IMG/VR virus record: IMGVR_UViG_3300027754_005427
Span: 22,927-86,926 of that record
DNA: 64,000 nucleotides
DNA from: a virus
Strand: one strand, 5' to 3'
The notes below the pieces were generated by a model, which had not been told where the DNA came from, did not search any database, and saw only the letters and a list, made by a program, of their open reading frames with translations. A program made the position numbers and the translations under genes. Shown one piece after another: positions 59,876-64,000 of the stretch. How positions within the stretch are numbered: the stretch's first letter is position 1; each line of letters opens with the position of its first letter.

Positions 59876-60562
59876 CTATGTTTTTATAATGAAGTTTACA
59901 ACTATTGATGGCGACATAATTCCAAACGCTGTTCCACTTCCAGTATTAGAATTCGCAACCGAATGTGTATGTGTGGCACTTCCAGTTCCGAATGTAGTTG
60001 CATGTGTATGATCGGCAGATGAACCGCCAGTTATTGGTGTTCCAGAACTACTTGCAGTAACTGAGTCTATAATACCGCTAGTAGCTCCAGTTGTTCCTAT
60101 AGGTGTTCCATAACTGTGATAGTGATTAGCAGACACACCACCGCTTGTGCCTGTGTGTGTATGGGTGGCACTTTGTGTTCCAACTGTTGCTGTATGAGTG
60201 TGAGATGGGAGATTAGCTTCTGCTAATGTAGCTGTTTCCGCACCTACATTTGATCCTAAAGTCCTAGCTGTTAATCCAGTTCCAGTTCCAACACCGATAG
60301 GACATCTTCCACGCATATCTGGCAAAGTAAATGTGGTGTTTGAATTGCCAGCACCATAAGTCGTGCCTAAAATCTTAAACAAGTCACTATAAGCACTTCT
60401 GCTTACAGCATCGCCATTACATATCAACCATCCGTTTGGTGCGGTAGAACCAGCAAACATTTGTATGCTACCAGATGATATAAAAGTATCTTGAACTGCT
60501 TGAAACGCAGAACCTTTTGGAGAATTAGCTGGTATCATTCCATAGCTAAACGCTCCAGCCAT
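59876..60562 (-). CDS. Phage tail-collar domain protein, paralog 1
   Basis: Same collar motifs and five HxH motifs. Confidence 0.9.
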   Translation of the reverse strand: MAGAFSYGMIPANSPKGSAFQAVQDTFISSGSIQMFAGSTAPNGWLICNGDAVSRSAYSDLFKILGTTYGAGNSNTTFTLPDMRGRCPIGVGTGTGLTARTLGSNVGAETATLAEANLPSHTHTATVGTQSATHTHTGTSGGVSANHYHSYGTPIGTTGATSGIIDSVTASSSGTPITGGSSADHTHATTFGTGSATHTHSVANSNTGSGTAFGIMSPSIVVNFIIKT

Positions 60563-61008
60563 TAGTAACTGCCTCCAAATGTAAATACTTGCAAAGCAGT
60601 CGTACTAGCAGTAGTAGTTACTGATACTGATGCATAAAGTTTGTATGTAGAAGGTAACACAAGAGGATTAGTAAATGTTATTGTAGTTGTAAATCCTGCT
60701 GTTGTAGTAGATGGAACTACTGCTGTAACTGCAATTTCATTATAAAGCTGTGCATTAGTACCATCCCATATCCATATACCAACCAAGTTAGCTGCTGTAG
60801 TTGCTGTCATAGAAGTAGAACAAGCATTTACTTGAATGCTGTCAACTCTACAACCATTAGTGGTTGTATTTAAAAGCTGTATAATATTAGCTCCAGCAAG
60901 AGATGCGGTTGCAGTCTTTCCTCTTGTTGTACAAGCTGTTTGTGCTGACATGTCTAAATATCCAATCAAAGGCGATTGAACGAAAATCGGTGTTGCTGTT
61001 ACTGCCAT
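60562..61008 (-). CDS. Thr/Ala-rich beta-sandwich-like virion protein
   Basis: MAVTATPIFVQSP...GGSY; tightly coupled in the tail operon. Confidence 0.6.
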   Translation of the reverse strand: MAVTATPIFVQSPLIGYLDMSAQTACTTRGKTATASLAGANIIQLLNTTTNGCRVDSIQVNACSTSMTATTAANLVGIWIWDGTNAQLYNEIAVTAVVPSTTTAGFTTTITFTNPLVLPSTYKLYASVSVTTTASTTALQVFTFGGSY

Positions 61009-61010
61009 AG

Positions 61011-64000
<2,990 letters not shown>

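Overview
This 64 kb AT-rich, gene-dense window reads as part of a large tailed (jumbo, probably T4-like) phage genome. Support: tail-collar proteins, a peptidase S74 fibre, T4-late-like TA(A/T)ATA promoters, AGGAG ribosome-binding sites, thyA/DHFR/UvsE/IscA-type genes and a tRNA-Arg(TCT). A DUF1559 prepilin suggests a Planctomycetota host. The window contains (1) about 13 glycosyltransferase-like genes plus sulfo-, methyl- and acetyltransferases; (2) a tail/fibre region with Thr-rich G-X-T collagen-like stalks, six RCC1/BLIP-II-like propellers with a fixed scaffold and variable loops, and three tail-collar paralogs that differ mainly at the tip; (3) at least eight proteins sharing an N-terminal peptide resembling the T4 capsid-targeting sequence, many with apparently leaderless late promoters; (4) an abutting DOT1-like + tandem SET methyltransferase pair; (5) several duplication or insertion scars. 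All family calls come from motif recognition by eye, not database searches. No reverse transcriptase, CRISPR array or transposase was seen.
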